Assembly: GCA_028826165.1 (NCBI GenBank)
Contig: JAPDFW010000085.1
Location: 62,001 to 126,000 of the forward strand
Reading direction: 5' to 3'
DNA length: 64,000 nt
From: Anaeramoeba ignava BMAN
Taxonomy: Eukaryota > Protista > Anaeramoebae
Both the position numbers and the translations under genes were made by a program. Shown one piece after another: positions 51,059 to 61,473 of the stretch (position 1 is the stretch's first letter; each line of letters starts with the position of its first letter). The notes beneath the pieces are model-generated. The model ran no database searches and had not been told where the DNA came from. It was given only the letters and a program-made list of their open reading frames with translations.

Positions 51059-53679
51059 TTAATTTGTATTTGAAACCTCCCAAAAAATACTTTGTGCCTT
51101 CTTTCCATCAGCAGTTGTAATAATAACAATTGTATTTGACTTTAAATCATTTGAAATATTATTATTATAAACAGATAACAAAACATCTGTAGCCTTTTTA
51201 TTAACTGACCAAATATGCAAGATTTGTCTTTTAAACTTTGGGAATTGAGCATTTCTTGTTGAACAAATAACTCCATACAACTTCTTTTCAAGCAATCTCT
51301 TTGCATCATTTTCATCAAAATCTCTATCAATAGGAAACTTCATTGCTCTTGTTACACTAACTCCAATATTTACTTTATTTATTGAAGCAACATAGTCTGT
51401 AATTTTTCCTTCAGGATAATATCTAATTTCCTATTAATTTTTTAAGAAATTAATTTTGGATAAAAAATAATTTTAATTTTTTTATTTTATTTATTTACAG
51501 TTTCTGTACTCAACAATTTTGCATCAAATGCTAATTTCAAAACCTCGAAAGACATATATTCACTAATTACTGAAGTTCCACCAGCATTTGGAGTATTTTT
51601 CATTCTCAAAGCACTATAAAAACAAAATAAATCAATAAATCAATAAATATTAAATCAATAAATATTAAATAATAAATATTAAATAAATAAATATTAAATC
51701 AATAAATATTAAATCAATAAATAAATATTAAATCAATAAATAAATATTAAATAAATAAATATTAAATCAATATTAAATTATAAATATTAAATCAATATTA
51801 AATATTAAATCAATAAATATTAAATCAATAAATATTAAATATTAAATCAATAAATATTAAATCAATAAATCAATAAATATTAAATATTAAATCAATAAAT
51901 ATTAAATCAATAAATATTAAATAAATAAATATTAAATTAATAAATATTAAATATTAAATCAATAAATCAATAAATATTAAATATTAAATCGATAAATATT
52001 AAATCAATAAATCAATAAATCAATAAATATTAAATATTAAATCAATAAATAAATATTAAATCAATAAATAATAAATATTAAATATTAAATCAATAAATAT
52101 TAAATCAATAATAAATAAATATTAAATCAATAAATATTAAATAAATAAATATTAAATCAATAAATATTAAATCAATATTAAATATTAAATCAATATTAAA
52201 TATTAAATCAATATTAAATATTAAATCAATATTAAATATTAAATCAATAAATATTAAATATTAAATCAATATTAAATATTAAATCAATATTAAATATTAA
52301 ATCAATATTAAATATTAAATCAATATTAAATATTAAATCAATATTAAATATTAAATCAATAAATCAATAAATAATAAATATTAAATCAATAAATATTAAA
52401 TCAATAAATATTAAATAATAAATATTAAATCAATAAATATTAAATCAATAAATATTAAATAATAAATATTAAATAATAAATATTAAATATTAAATATTAA
52501 ATATTAAATATTAAATCAATAAATATTAAATCAATAATAAATATTAAATCAATAAATATTAAATCAATAATAAATATTAAATCAATATTAAATATTAAAT
52601 CAATATTAAATCAATAAATATTAAATCAATAAATATTAAATCAATAAATATTAAATTAATAAATATTAAATCAATAAATCAATAAATATTAAATATTAAA
52701 TCAATAAATATTAAATATTAAATCAATAAATATTAAATCAATATTAAATATTAAATCAATATTAAATATTAAATCAATAAAATCAATAAATCAATAAATC
52801 AATAAATAATAAATATTAAATCAATAAATATTAAATCAATAATAAATATTAAATCAATATTAAATATTAAATCAATATTAAATATTAAATCAATAAATAT
52901 TAAATAAATATTAAATATTAAATAAATATTAAATATTAAATCAATATTAAATATTAAATCAATAAATATTAAATATTAAATCAATATTAAATCAATATTA
53001 AATCAATATTAAATATTAAATCAATAAATATTAAATATTAAATCAATAATAAATAATAAATAATAAATATTAAATATTAAATCAATAAATAAATATTAAA
53101 TCAATATTAAATATTAAATCAATAATAAATATTAAATCATTAATAAATATTAAATATTAAATCAATAAATATTAAATAAATAAATACCCATCAGACAAAT
53201 CAGTCTTGGATTGAGTCTTTAAAGCATAAAATGTATTAACATGAATACTTGGATTATTAAATTGCTTTTTATCAGAAATAAAATTTCTAATTAGAGAGGA
53301 AGAATTTTGAGGATGAAACAAAAGAAAACCATTGTGAATAAAGGCTTCGCATTTCTCCAAGGAGTTTATAGGGGTCTTGTGATTTGGGGGTGGGTTCCTT
53401 AGACTGGGTAGATCTTTCTTCACATCCAAAACAGGAATTGATTGTAATTGTTGTTGATCCAAAATGAATCGCTCTTCGGTTGTTTTTATTGTTTCTTGAA
53501 CTGCTTTCATACTTTCGGCTCGTGTAACTTGTTCTTGTTCCGTAATTAAAATTGCTAAAAAAATCCTTATTTTTATTTCCGTTTCTATTTTGTCTTTCAT
53601 ATAAACTTGTCCAATTTCTTCTTCTGTTCAAAATTACTTGTTGATCTTTTGTTCGTGTTAAATTTGAATAATTTGCCAT
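51059..53679 (-). CDS. Conserved uncharacterised protein similar to the AAC4 family, 3 exons; start at 53600 or 53679
   Basis: Spliced reading NTPNAGGTSVISEYMSFEVLKLAFDAKLLSTETEIRYYPEGKITDYVASINKVNIGVSVTRAMKF...AKRLLEKKL...RQILHIW. The family name is from recall, not a search. Confidence 0.7.
51614..53187. repeat. 1.57-kb satellite intron (TAAATAT / TAAATCAA units)
   Basis: Minus-strand GT at 53187 and AG at 51615-51614; phase 2 on both sides. Confidence 0.9.
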
Positions 53680-53899
53680 TTTTCTTTTTGAATTTTTTGG
53701 AATTTTTAGATTAAAAATATATAAAAAAAAAAGTTAATTAAAAAAATAATAAGAATAAAAATGTAAAATAAAAATGATCTTTTTTTTTCTTTTTTTTAAA
53801 TTTTTTTTTTAAATAATTAAAACGTATTAAATACGTCATTTATATTAAAAAAAAGAAAAATCTAATTTATTTTTTTCTATTTATTATAAAAAAGAGAAC

Positions 53900-54645
53900 A
53901 ATTAAAAAAACCATTTATTTCTTTTATTATTTTTCCAATTAATTAACAATAAAAATTAACTCAATTCCACTTTTTTTAATTAATTTCTTTTATTAATTAT
54001 TTCTTTTAATTTATTTATTTTTATTAATTATTAATTTTTTTTATTTATTTTTAATTTATTTCTTTTATTGATTATTAATTAATTCCACTTTTTAATTAGT
54101 TTTTATTTTTTTATTAATTATTAATTAATTTTTATTTTAATTAAATTATTAATTATTAATTTATTTCTTTTTTATTAATTATTAATTTATTTCTTTTATT
54201 AATTATTAATTAATTTCCTTTTTATTATTTTTCCAATTAATTAACAATAAAAATTATTTCAATTCCACTTTTTAATTAGTTTCTTTTATTAATTATTAAT
54301 TAATTTCTTTTTATTAATTATTAATTTATTTTATTAATTATTAATTTATTTCTTTTATTGATTATTAATTTATTTATTTTTTATTAATTATTAATTTATT
54401 ACTTTATTAATTAATTTATTTCTTTTATTGATTATTAATTTATTTCTTTATTAATTAGTAATTTATTTCTTTTATTAATTATTAATTTATTTCTTTATTA
54501 ATTATTAATTTATTTCTTTTATTGATTATTAATTAATTTCTTTATTAATTATTTATTTCTTTCTTTTATTGATTATTAATTTATTTCTTTATTAATTATT
54601 AATTTATTTCTTTTATTGATTATTAATTAATTTCTTTTATTAATT
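53900..54645. repeat. Intergenic degenerate AT satellite (TTATTAATTTATTTCTT-like units)
   Basis: Visible imperfect tandem units of about 20 bp. Confidence 0.7.
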
Positions 54646-54647
54646 TT

Positions 54648-56782
54648 TTAATTCATCTTCTCATAAATTTTTAAACAATTTCCCATAATCTTTTCTATTG
54701 AAAATTGTTTTAAATCTGTAAACTTGAAATTGTCAAAACAAAATTGTTTTAAAATTTTAAAATTTGATAAATTCAAATTTAAATCCAATTCTAAATCAGA
54801 AGAAACAATAACAAAGCATTTATCAAGTTTACAAATTGAAGAAATTGTATCTTTAATTAATTGTTTGTTTGTAAAATCTGTTAGTGCCAAAAGTTCAACA
54901 TTTGAATTTTGGAAAGAAGAAGAATTTTTTGGATAATTTTCTCCATTTTTCCAAGCAAGAATTGAAGAAGGAATAATTTGATTATGTAAATAGATTAAAG
55001 AAACATCTTTTTCTTCTCCTTTTTGAGATAATTCTGGAATAACTTCTAAACCGAAAAATTTCAAAGAAGAAATAATTCCTTTTTGATAAAAAAAACCATA
55101 AAAAATTCCAATTGATAAATTGAAGAGAATAAAAGAAATGAAGAAGAAAACAATAAGTTTTTTCCTTAAAGAAGTTTTTGAATTCTTTTGATTTTGTTTT
55201 AAATTTTCATTTTCTTTTAATTTTTGATTTTCTTTTAAATTTTGATTTTGTTTTAAATTTTGATTTTGTTTTAATTTTTCATTTTGTTTTAAATTTTCAT
55301 TTTCTTTTAAATTTTGATTTTGTTTTAAATTTTCATTTTCTTTTAATTTTTCATTTTCTTTTAATTTTGTTTCTTGTTTAATTTCTGTTCTTGAATGATA
55401 TAAAAAAAATCCACAAAGAACAAATAAAGGTGTTGAAATTGGTAATAAAGCTTTTAAATCTTGATGAGAAATCAAGTAAATCATAAAAACAGGAAAAATT
55501 ATAAATGAACCCAAAAATATAACTAAAGGACGAATTGATTTGGATTGAATAAATGAATTTGAATTTTTTTTGCGATTCAGAAAATAAATAAAGGAAATGA
55601 AAAAAACAAGAAAAACTGGACCAAACATAATTAAGAAATTTATGAATAAATCAGCAATATTTTTTGAAAATTGGATTTTTTGCAAATTTAAAATTTGTAA
55701 ACTTTTCAAAAAACGGAAAAAAGGAACAAATTGAATTGAAGATAAACGTGCCATTATTAGATCTTTTAAACTGTTTGATTTTGGTGGAGGTGGAAAAACA
55801 AAATGATCGTTGAAATAGAGATTATCAAAAATAGTTGAAATTCCAGCAACAAAAATAATTCCGATAAAATGGTCTATAATGAAGAAATAAAATAGAGAAA
55901 AAAACTTAAAGAATCTTTTTTCTTTTTGTTGAGAACTTTGAGTCCAAAATTGATAAATCAAAAATAACCAAATTGGAATAAAATAAAATATTGAAGTAAG
56001 ATTTGTGAATACAGAAAGAGTTAAAAGCATTATCAAAACAGCATTTTTATTTTCATCCATGAATGAAATTTGATTGAATGGTTTTTTTTCTTTTTCTTTT
56101 TCTTTTTCTTTTTCTTTTTCTTTTTCTTTTGCTTTTGGTTTATTAAATTCATATGTTGATAAAACTAATGCAATTGAAAAAATGAAAGTTTGAATTGAAT
56201 CATAAAATGTTCTTGTTAAAAAAATAATTATCCATGAACTTGAATAAAGTAATAAAGGAATTTTGTGAGGAATTTGAAGTTTAGCCGAAAGTTTTTTAAT
56301 TGACCAATCTAAATTAATTTTAATTTTAATTTTAATTTTAATTTTATAAATGAATTTTAATTTTAATTTTAATTTTAATTTTAATTTTAATTTTAATTTT
56401 AATTTTTTAAATTTTAATTTTAATTTTAAATTTGAATTTTAATTTTAATTTTAATTTTATAAATTAAATTAAATTTACCAACAGAAAATGATAATAAAAA
56501 CATAAGAAATCTTGGTAAATATAAAATTGTATATGAATTTACAAAATCAAACCCATATTTTCTTAATAATAAAAGAGGAAAATAACTTAATCCACTTGTC
56601 ATATAAGGAATATTAATACTTCTACATGGAAATTCTCTTGAAAATTCATCACTTCTAAATCCAACAACTTCAAAAAAATCTTCAGCAATAATTTCAGAAT
56701 TTGATAAAAATTCATCTTGATTAATAAAAGTATTAGAAAAAATAGAAAAAAAACGAATTAAAATTAAAATTAGATAAATCAT
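54648..56782 (-). CDS. PIGZ: GPI mannosyltransferase IV (PIG-Z/Smp3, Alg9-like family), divergent, 2 exons
   Basis: FINQDEFLSNSEIIAEDFF...EFSREFPCRSINIP resembles the HPDEFFQ..E.MAED...WEF....RS motif. Also PRFLMFLLS and ISHQDLKALLP; many TM segments. Confidence 0.72.
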
Positions 56783-56925
56783 TATTTAAAATTTAAAAAA
56801 TGAAAAAATGAAAAATGAAAAATGAAAAATAAAATAAATTTTTCTTCTTTTATTTTTCTTCTTTTATTTTTATTTTTATTTTTATTCTTTTTATTTTTAT
56901 TCTTATTCTTATTTTTAAAAAAAAA

Positions 56926-58365
56926 ATGGATGAAGATTGGGGAACAATTTCAGTTGCACAAAATCTATTTGAATTTATGAGAAGAGATATAATTTCACAA
57001 AAAGAAAAAAAGAAAAACGAAAAAAAACAAAAAAAAGAAAAACCAACTGAAAATATTCAAATAGAAAAAGATCAAGATCAAGATCAAGATCGAGATCAAG
57101 ATAACCAAACAAACACACAAGAAATTGAGTTAGAAAACGCAAATTCGATGATGAATTTATCAACAAACGCAGAACCAAAAACAACATTAAATTTTTTAGC
57201 GAATTCAAAGAATCTATTTAGTAATAAACATTTACGGAATTTTTTCACAAGTATTTTTCGTTGGTTGAAATTATTTGCAGTATTTCACAGTTGCTATCTA
57301 TATTTCAAACAAAATAAGTTTTGGTCAATTATAAAGTTTCTTTATCGGTTATTAATAATACTTATAATTATATTTCCAATTGCAGTTTCAATTTTTGCTT
57401 TAGTTGTCAATATTCGAAAATATATCTATGACAAAGACGATGTTTGGATCCCCGGCTTTTGGGAATCGAGTCTAAACACAACACTCTCAAGCGTTGCGGC
57501 TGTCGCGCTTTCTCTTCTTCCTCTAACAAGCTGGATATTTGCTTATTCTTTTTTTAGAAAACCTCATTTTAACGAACTTTGTAACAGATTTTTTAAATGC
57601 CCAATTAATGGTCCTCGTCTGGCAAGAAAAGTCACTGCTTATATTGCGTTTCTTATTGTTTACCCCATCTTGGCAACTCTTATTGCCGTTACTGTTAATT
57701 ATGTCCAAAGTAAAATGAGAGATCGGATCAAAAAAGAACCAAAAATTTTCATTATTGATCTTATCATTTCTTTGATCTACTATTGGTTCCAGTTTGCCAT
57801 TGTTGCCTTCGCTTCCATTCTTGTTTTATTTCTCTCTCAATTACATGTTTTGATTATCAAAGCTTTTAATCAAATTTACACTTCAGGAGATTGGAGCATT
57901 TCCGATCTTATTGATTACCATATGGATATGCAGAAAGATATTGACCAGACATGCAGTTATCTCAAGAATTATATTGCGGTCATGACTGGCTTGTTCGGTA
58001 TGGCTTTATTGCTTACCATTTACTCTGTATTTGCATCACCTGGTCTTATCGGTTTCAGATTTGTTAACATTTGTCTTTACTTAATTTTAATCAGTTTTTT
58101 GCTTTGGTTTCCTGCTAAAGTTTCTGGTGAATGTGAGGAGCTTTCTTCTACTTTGATGTCAACCCATATTTCTGTTGGTTTTAATCAAGAAAGAGCAAAT
58201 GAACTTTCGCTTTTTTTTATTTATATTAATAATTGGACTCGATCAATGGGTTTTGTTGTTTATGATGTTTTGATTACAAAAAGTTTGGTTATTAAACTCA
58301 TTTATACCGTTCTTTCTATTGTTTTGATATTGGTTCAAAACGAACTTGTTGATTTCGATTTATGA
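56926..58365 (+). CDS. Seven-TM protein, gustatory-receptor-like / 7TM ion channel (GRL, DUF3537-like)
   Basis: About seven hydrophobic helices and a hydrophilic N-terminus. C-terminus LFFIYINNWTRSMGFVVYDVLITKSLVIKLIYTVLSIVLILVQ fits the Gr/Or IL3-TM7 signature. Confidence 0.7.
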   Translation: MDEDWGTISVAQNLFEFMRRDIISQKEKKKNEKKQKKEKPTENIQIEKDQDQDQDRDQDNQTNTQEIELENANSMMNLSTNAEPKTTLNFLANSKNLFSNKHLRNFFTSIFRWLKLFAVFHSCYLYFKQNKFWSIIKFLYRLLIILIIIFPIAVSIFALVVNIRKYIYDKDDVWIPGFWESSLNTTLSSVAAVALSLLPLTSWIFAYSFFRKPHFNELCNRFFKCPINGPRLARKVTAYIAFLIVYPILATLIAVTVNYVQSKMRDRIKKEPKIFIIDLIISLIYYWFQFAIVAFASILVLFLSQLHVLIIKAFNQIYTSGDWSISDLIDYHMDMQKDIDQTCSYLKNYIAVMTGLFGMALLLTIYSVFASPGLIGFRFVNICLYLILISFLLWFPAKVSGECEELSSTLMSTHISVGFNQERANELSLFFIYINNWTRSMGFVVYDVLITKSLVIKLIYTVLSIVLILVQNELVDFDL

Positions 58366-58543
58366 TTCTTTTTCTTTTTCTTTTCTTTTTCTTTCAAAAA
58401 GCAAAAGTTTATTTTGCTTTCTTTTTTTTTCCTTTTATTTTTTTTTTCTTTTTGAAAAATCAAGAAAAAATCAAGAAAAAATCAAGAAAAATTAAGAAAA
58501 AATCAAAGAAAAATCAAGAAAAAATTGTTCTTGTTTTTTGTTC

Positions 58544-59592
58544 CTATTTCAAATTTAAAAGATTTTCTTCTGGTTTTTCATTAAAACCTTTAATCATTTC
58601 AATAATTCCATCAGTAAATTGAGTTTTGAAAAGAGGATGAAAAATATAAAGATGTCCAATTTCTTTTTTTGTAAAAACATTTATCATAGTTTCAGAAGAT
58701 AAAACATCCCAAAAAATAACGCAATAAGGAATCTTTATTGATCTATTTGTAATTAAATCACTTTCATTTTCTGTTAAAACAAGAATTGGATCAAAACCCT
58801 CTTCATAACTTTTTAAAATTCCATCTTTTTTGTTATTGTCATAATATAAACCAGGCCAATCATTTGTTCTTAAATGATATGTTATTAATTTAAGATATTC
58901 TTGTTTAGCAAATATTACTGTTCTTGTTTCTGTAAAATATTCCAAAAGAGTGAATAACGTTTGAATTTTTGTCTCTATTTCATTTTCAAAAACCCAAACA
59001 TGAATATGAGGTTCACGATTTTCATCTTGATCTTGATTTTGATTTTGATTTTGATTTTGATTCAATTGATTTTGATTCAATTGATTTTGATTTTGATTTT
59101 GATTTTGATTTTGATTTTGATTTTCATTATAATTTTGATTTTCATTATAATTTTGATTTTGATTTTCATTTTCATTATAATTTTGATTTTCATTATAATT
59201 TTGATTTTGATTATAATTTTGATTTTGATTATAATTTTGATTTTGATTATAATTTTGATTTTGATCTTGATTTTGATTATAATTTTGATTTTGATTTTGA
59301 TTTTCATTATAATTTCGATTTTGATTTTGATTATAATTTCGAATTAGATTTTGATTATAATTTCGATTTAGACTTTCCTTTCCTGTTAATGTTTTTGGTC
59401 CACCCTTGCCTCCCCACTTTTTTTTGTTAGATAAATTTTTTATTTAAATTATTTTAATTATTATTATTATTAAAAAAAAAATTATTATTTTCCAAATTAA
59501 AATTGTTTTTAAATTCTTGATTAAATTTGCGTTTTATTTAAAAATAAAAAATAATTTTTACTTACTGCACCAGTTTCAGTTTGGTTAGTCAT
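58544..59592 (-). CDS. Hypothetical protein: NQ/NY-rich N-terminus and a degenerate helicase-C-like domain
   Basis: Putative 27-nt exon 59592-59566 (GTAAGT donor) joined to an exon from about 59416. C-terminal KIQTLFTLL...RTVIFA...YEEGFDPILVLTE. Confidence 0.5.
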
Positions 59593-59699
59593 TTTAATAA
59601 TGAAAAAAAAAGGAAAATAAGAAAAATGAAAAAAAAAATTAAAAAAATTATTTTTCATTTTTTCATTTTTTTTTCCTTTTTTTATTTTTTTTTTTTTAA

Positions 59700-61013
59700 A
59701 TGGATATTTTAAAAAATCTTGTCAAACAAAATAAACCTAAAATTATTCAAAAAAAATATCAAACAGTAAAAGAAATTGAAAAAGAACAAGCAAAAGAATA
59801 TTTTGAAAAACAAAAAAAATTAGAAGAAAAAAGAAAATTGAAAAAAAAACAAGAAGAAGAACAAAAAAAACAAGAAAAAGAAACAAAAAGAAAGAAAAGA
59901 AAGAAAGAAAATGAAGAAAATGAAGAAAATGAAGAAAATCAAGAAGAAAATGAAGAAAATGAAGAAAATAAAAAAAATAAACGTTTTCAAAATAGCAAAA
60001 AAAACACAATTAATAAACCAGAAAAAAAGAGACCAAAGAAAGAAGTAATCAAAGAACTGAGGAGATTAAAACAACCTATAACATTATTTGGGGAAACTGA
60101 TGAAATGCGTGAAGCCCGATTGAATTATTTGCTTATCAATTCTTATGACGTTTCAGAAGGTCAAAGAAATTTTTTTCAAGAATCAATTAAGAATGATGAA
60201 CATCGACTTGAAGAAGCAGCAGCACAACACATAGAGGAGATAGATGATCCGCAACCGGTTCATCAAAATCAAAATCAAAATCAAAATCAAAATCAAAATC
60301 AAAATCAAAATCAAAATCAAAATCAAAATCAAAATCAAAATCAAAATCAAAATCAAAATCAAAATCAAAATCAAAATCAAAATCAAAATCAAAATGAAAA
60401 TCAAAATCAAAATGAATTGAATCAAAATGAATATAATTTGGATCAAAATGAAGAATCTCAAAATGATAATACAACATCAAATTATCAAAATAAATCATTT
60501 ACAAAAAGATTGATTCAAAAAACAAAAAAAATGCGAAAGCATGAAATGATTATTGAAGTTTTTGAAAGTCTTCTTTTTGCATGGAAACAAGAACTTGAGT
60601 CAAGATCTGAAGATGAGAAAAGAAGTCGAGAAGGAAAGCTTGAAAAAGCAAGATTTGAACAAACAAAAATGAATATAAAACCGTTATTTGAAAAATTAAG
60701 ACAAAAATCACTTTCTCGAGATATTTTAAGTCCAATGGCTGAAATTGTTGGATATTTATTGAAAAAAGAATATTTGTTAGCAAACGATGTTTATATCACA
60801 CTTTCTATTGGAAATTCTCCTTGGCCAATGGGTGTTACTAATGTTGGAATTCATGAAAGAACTGCTCGTGAAAAAATTTTTTCAAAACATATTGCTCATG
60901 TACTTAATGATGAAACTCAAAGAAAATATATTCAGGCTGTTAAAAGATTAATGACTTATTGTCAAAAAGTTGATCCTAATGATCCTTCTAAATGTTGGGA
61001 TAATTTTAAATGA
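59700..61013 (+). CDS. PRP18: Pre-mRNA splicing factor Prp18
   Basis: SFM motif EVIKELRRLKQPITLFGET and Prp18 domain YITLSIGNSPWPMGVTNVGIHERTAREKI...HVLNDETQRKYIQAVKRLMT. Confidence 0.97.
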   Translation: MDILKNLVKQNKPKIIQKKYQTVKEIEKEQAKEYFEKQKKLEEKRKLKKKQEEEQKKQEKETKRKKRKKENEENEENEENQEENEENEENKKNKRFQNSKKNTINKPEKKRPKKEVIKELRRLKQPITLFGETDEMREARLNYLLINSYDVSEGQRNFFQESIKNDEHRLEEAAAQHIEEIDDPQPVHQNQNQNQNQNQNQNQNQNQNQNQNQNQNQNQNQNQNQNQNQNQNENQNQNELNQNEYNLDQNEESQNDNTTSNYQNKSFTKRLIQKTKKMRKHEMIIEVFESLLFAWKQELESRSEDEKRSREGKLEKARFEQTKMNIKPLFEKLRQKSLSRDILSPMAEIVGYLLKKEYLLANDVYITLSIGNSPWPMGVTNVGIHERTAREKIFSKHIAHVLNDETQRKYIQAVKRLMTYCQKVDPNDPSKCWDNFK

Positions 61014-61390
61014 AATTTAAATAAATTTTTAAATAAAATTTAAATGAAATTTTAAATAAATCTTTAAATAATTTTTTAAATAAATTTTTAAATAAATCTT
61101 AAATAAATCTTTAAATGAAATTTTTAAATAAAATTTTAAATAAATCTTTAAATAAAATTTTTAAATGAATTTTTAAATAAAATTTTAAATAATTTTTTAA
61201 ATAAATTTTTAAAATAAATCTTTTAAATGAAATTTTAAATTTTTAAATGAAATCTTAAAATAAATCTTTAAATGAAATTTTAAATAAAATCTTAAATAAA
61301 TCTTTAAAGAAATTTTTAAATAAATTTTTAAATAAATCTTTAAATAAATCTTTAAATAAATTTAAATGAAATCTTTAAATAAATTTTTAA
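61014..61390. repeat. Intergenic satellite of about 13 bp (AAATAAATCTTTA-like) between convergent genes
   Basis: Visible imperfect tandem array. Confidence 0.75.
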
Positions 61391-61473
61391 TTTTGATTGA
61401 ATTTGCTAAAATTAAATATTTGATTCCTTCTCCAAAATAAAACAAAGTCAGAAAACATTATCAACAAAAATAT

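Noticed and set aside
1840-53640. Programmed frameshifting or mass pseudogenisation (breaks near 1842, 5165, 11220, 12703, 19595, 24710, 30995, 46320, 53630)
   Set aside because: Most are single-base indels in A/T homopolymers or repeats within otherwise intact conserved genes, which is typical of long-read consensus error. Short reads are needed to confirm.
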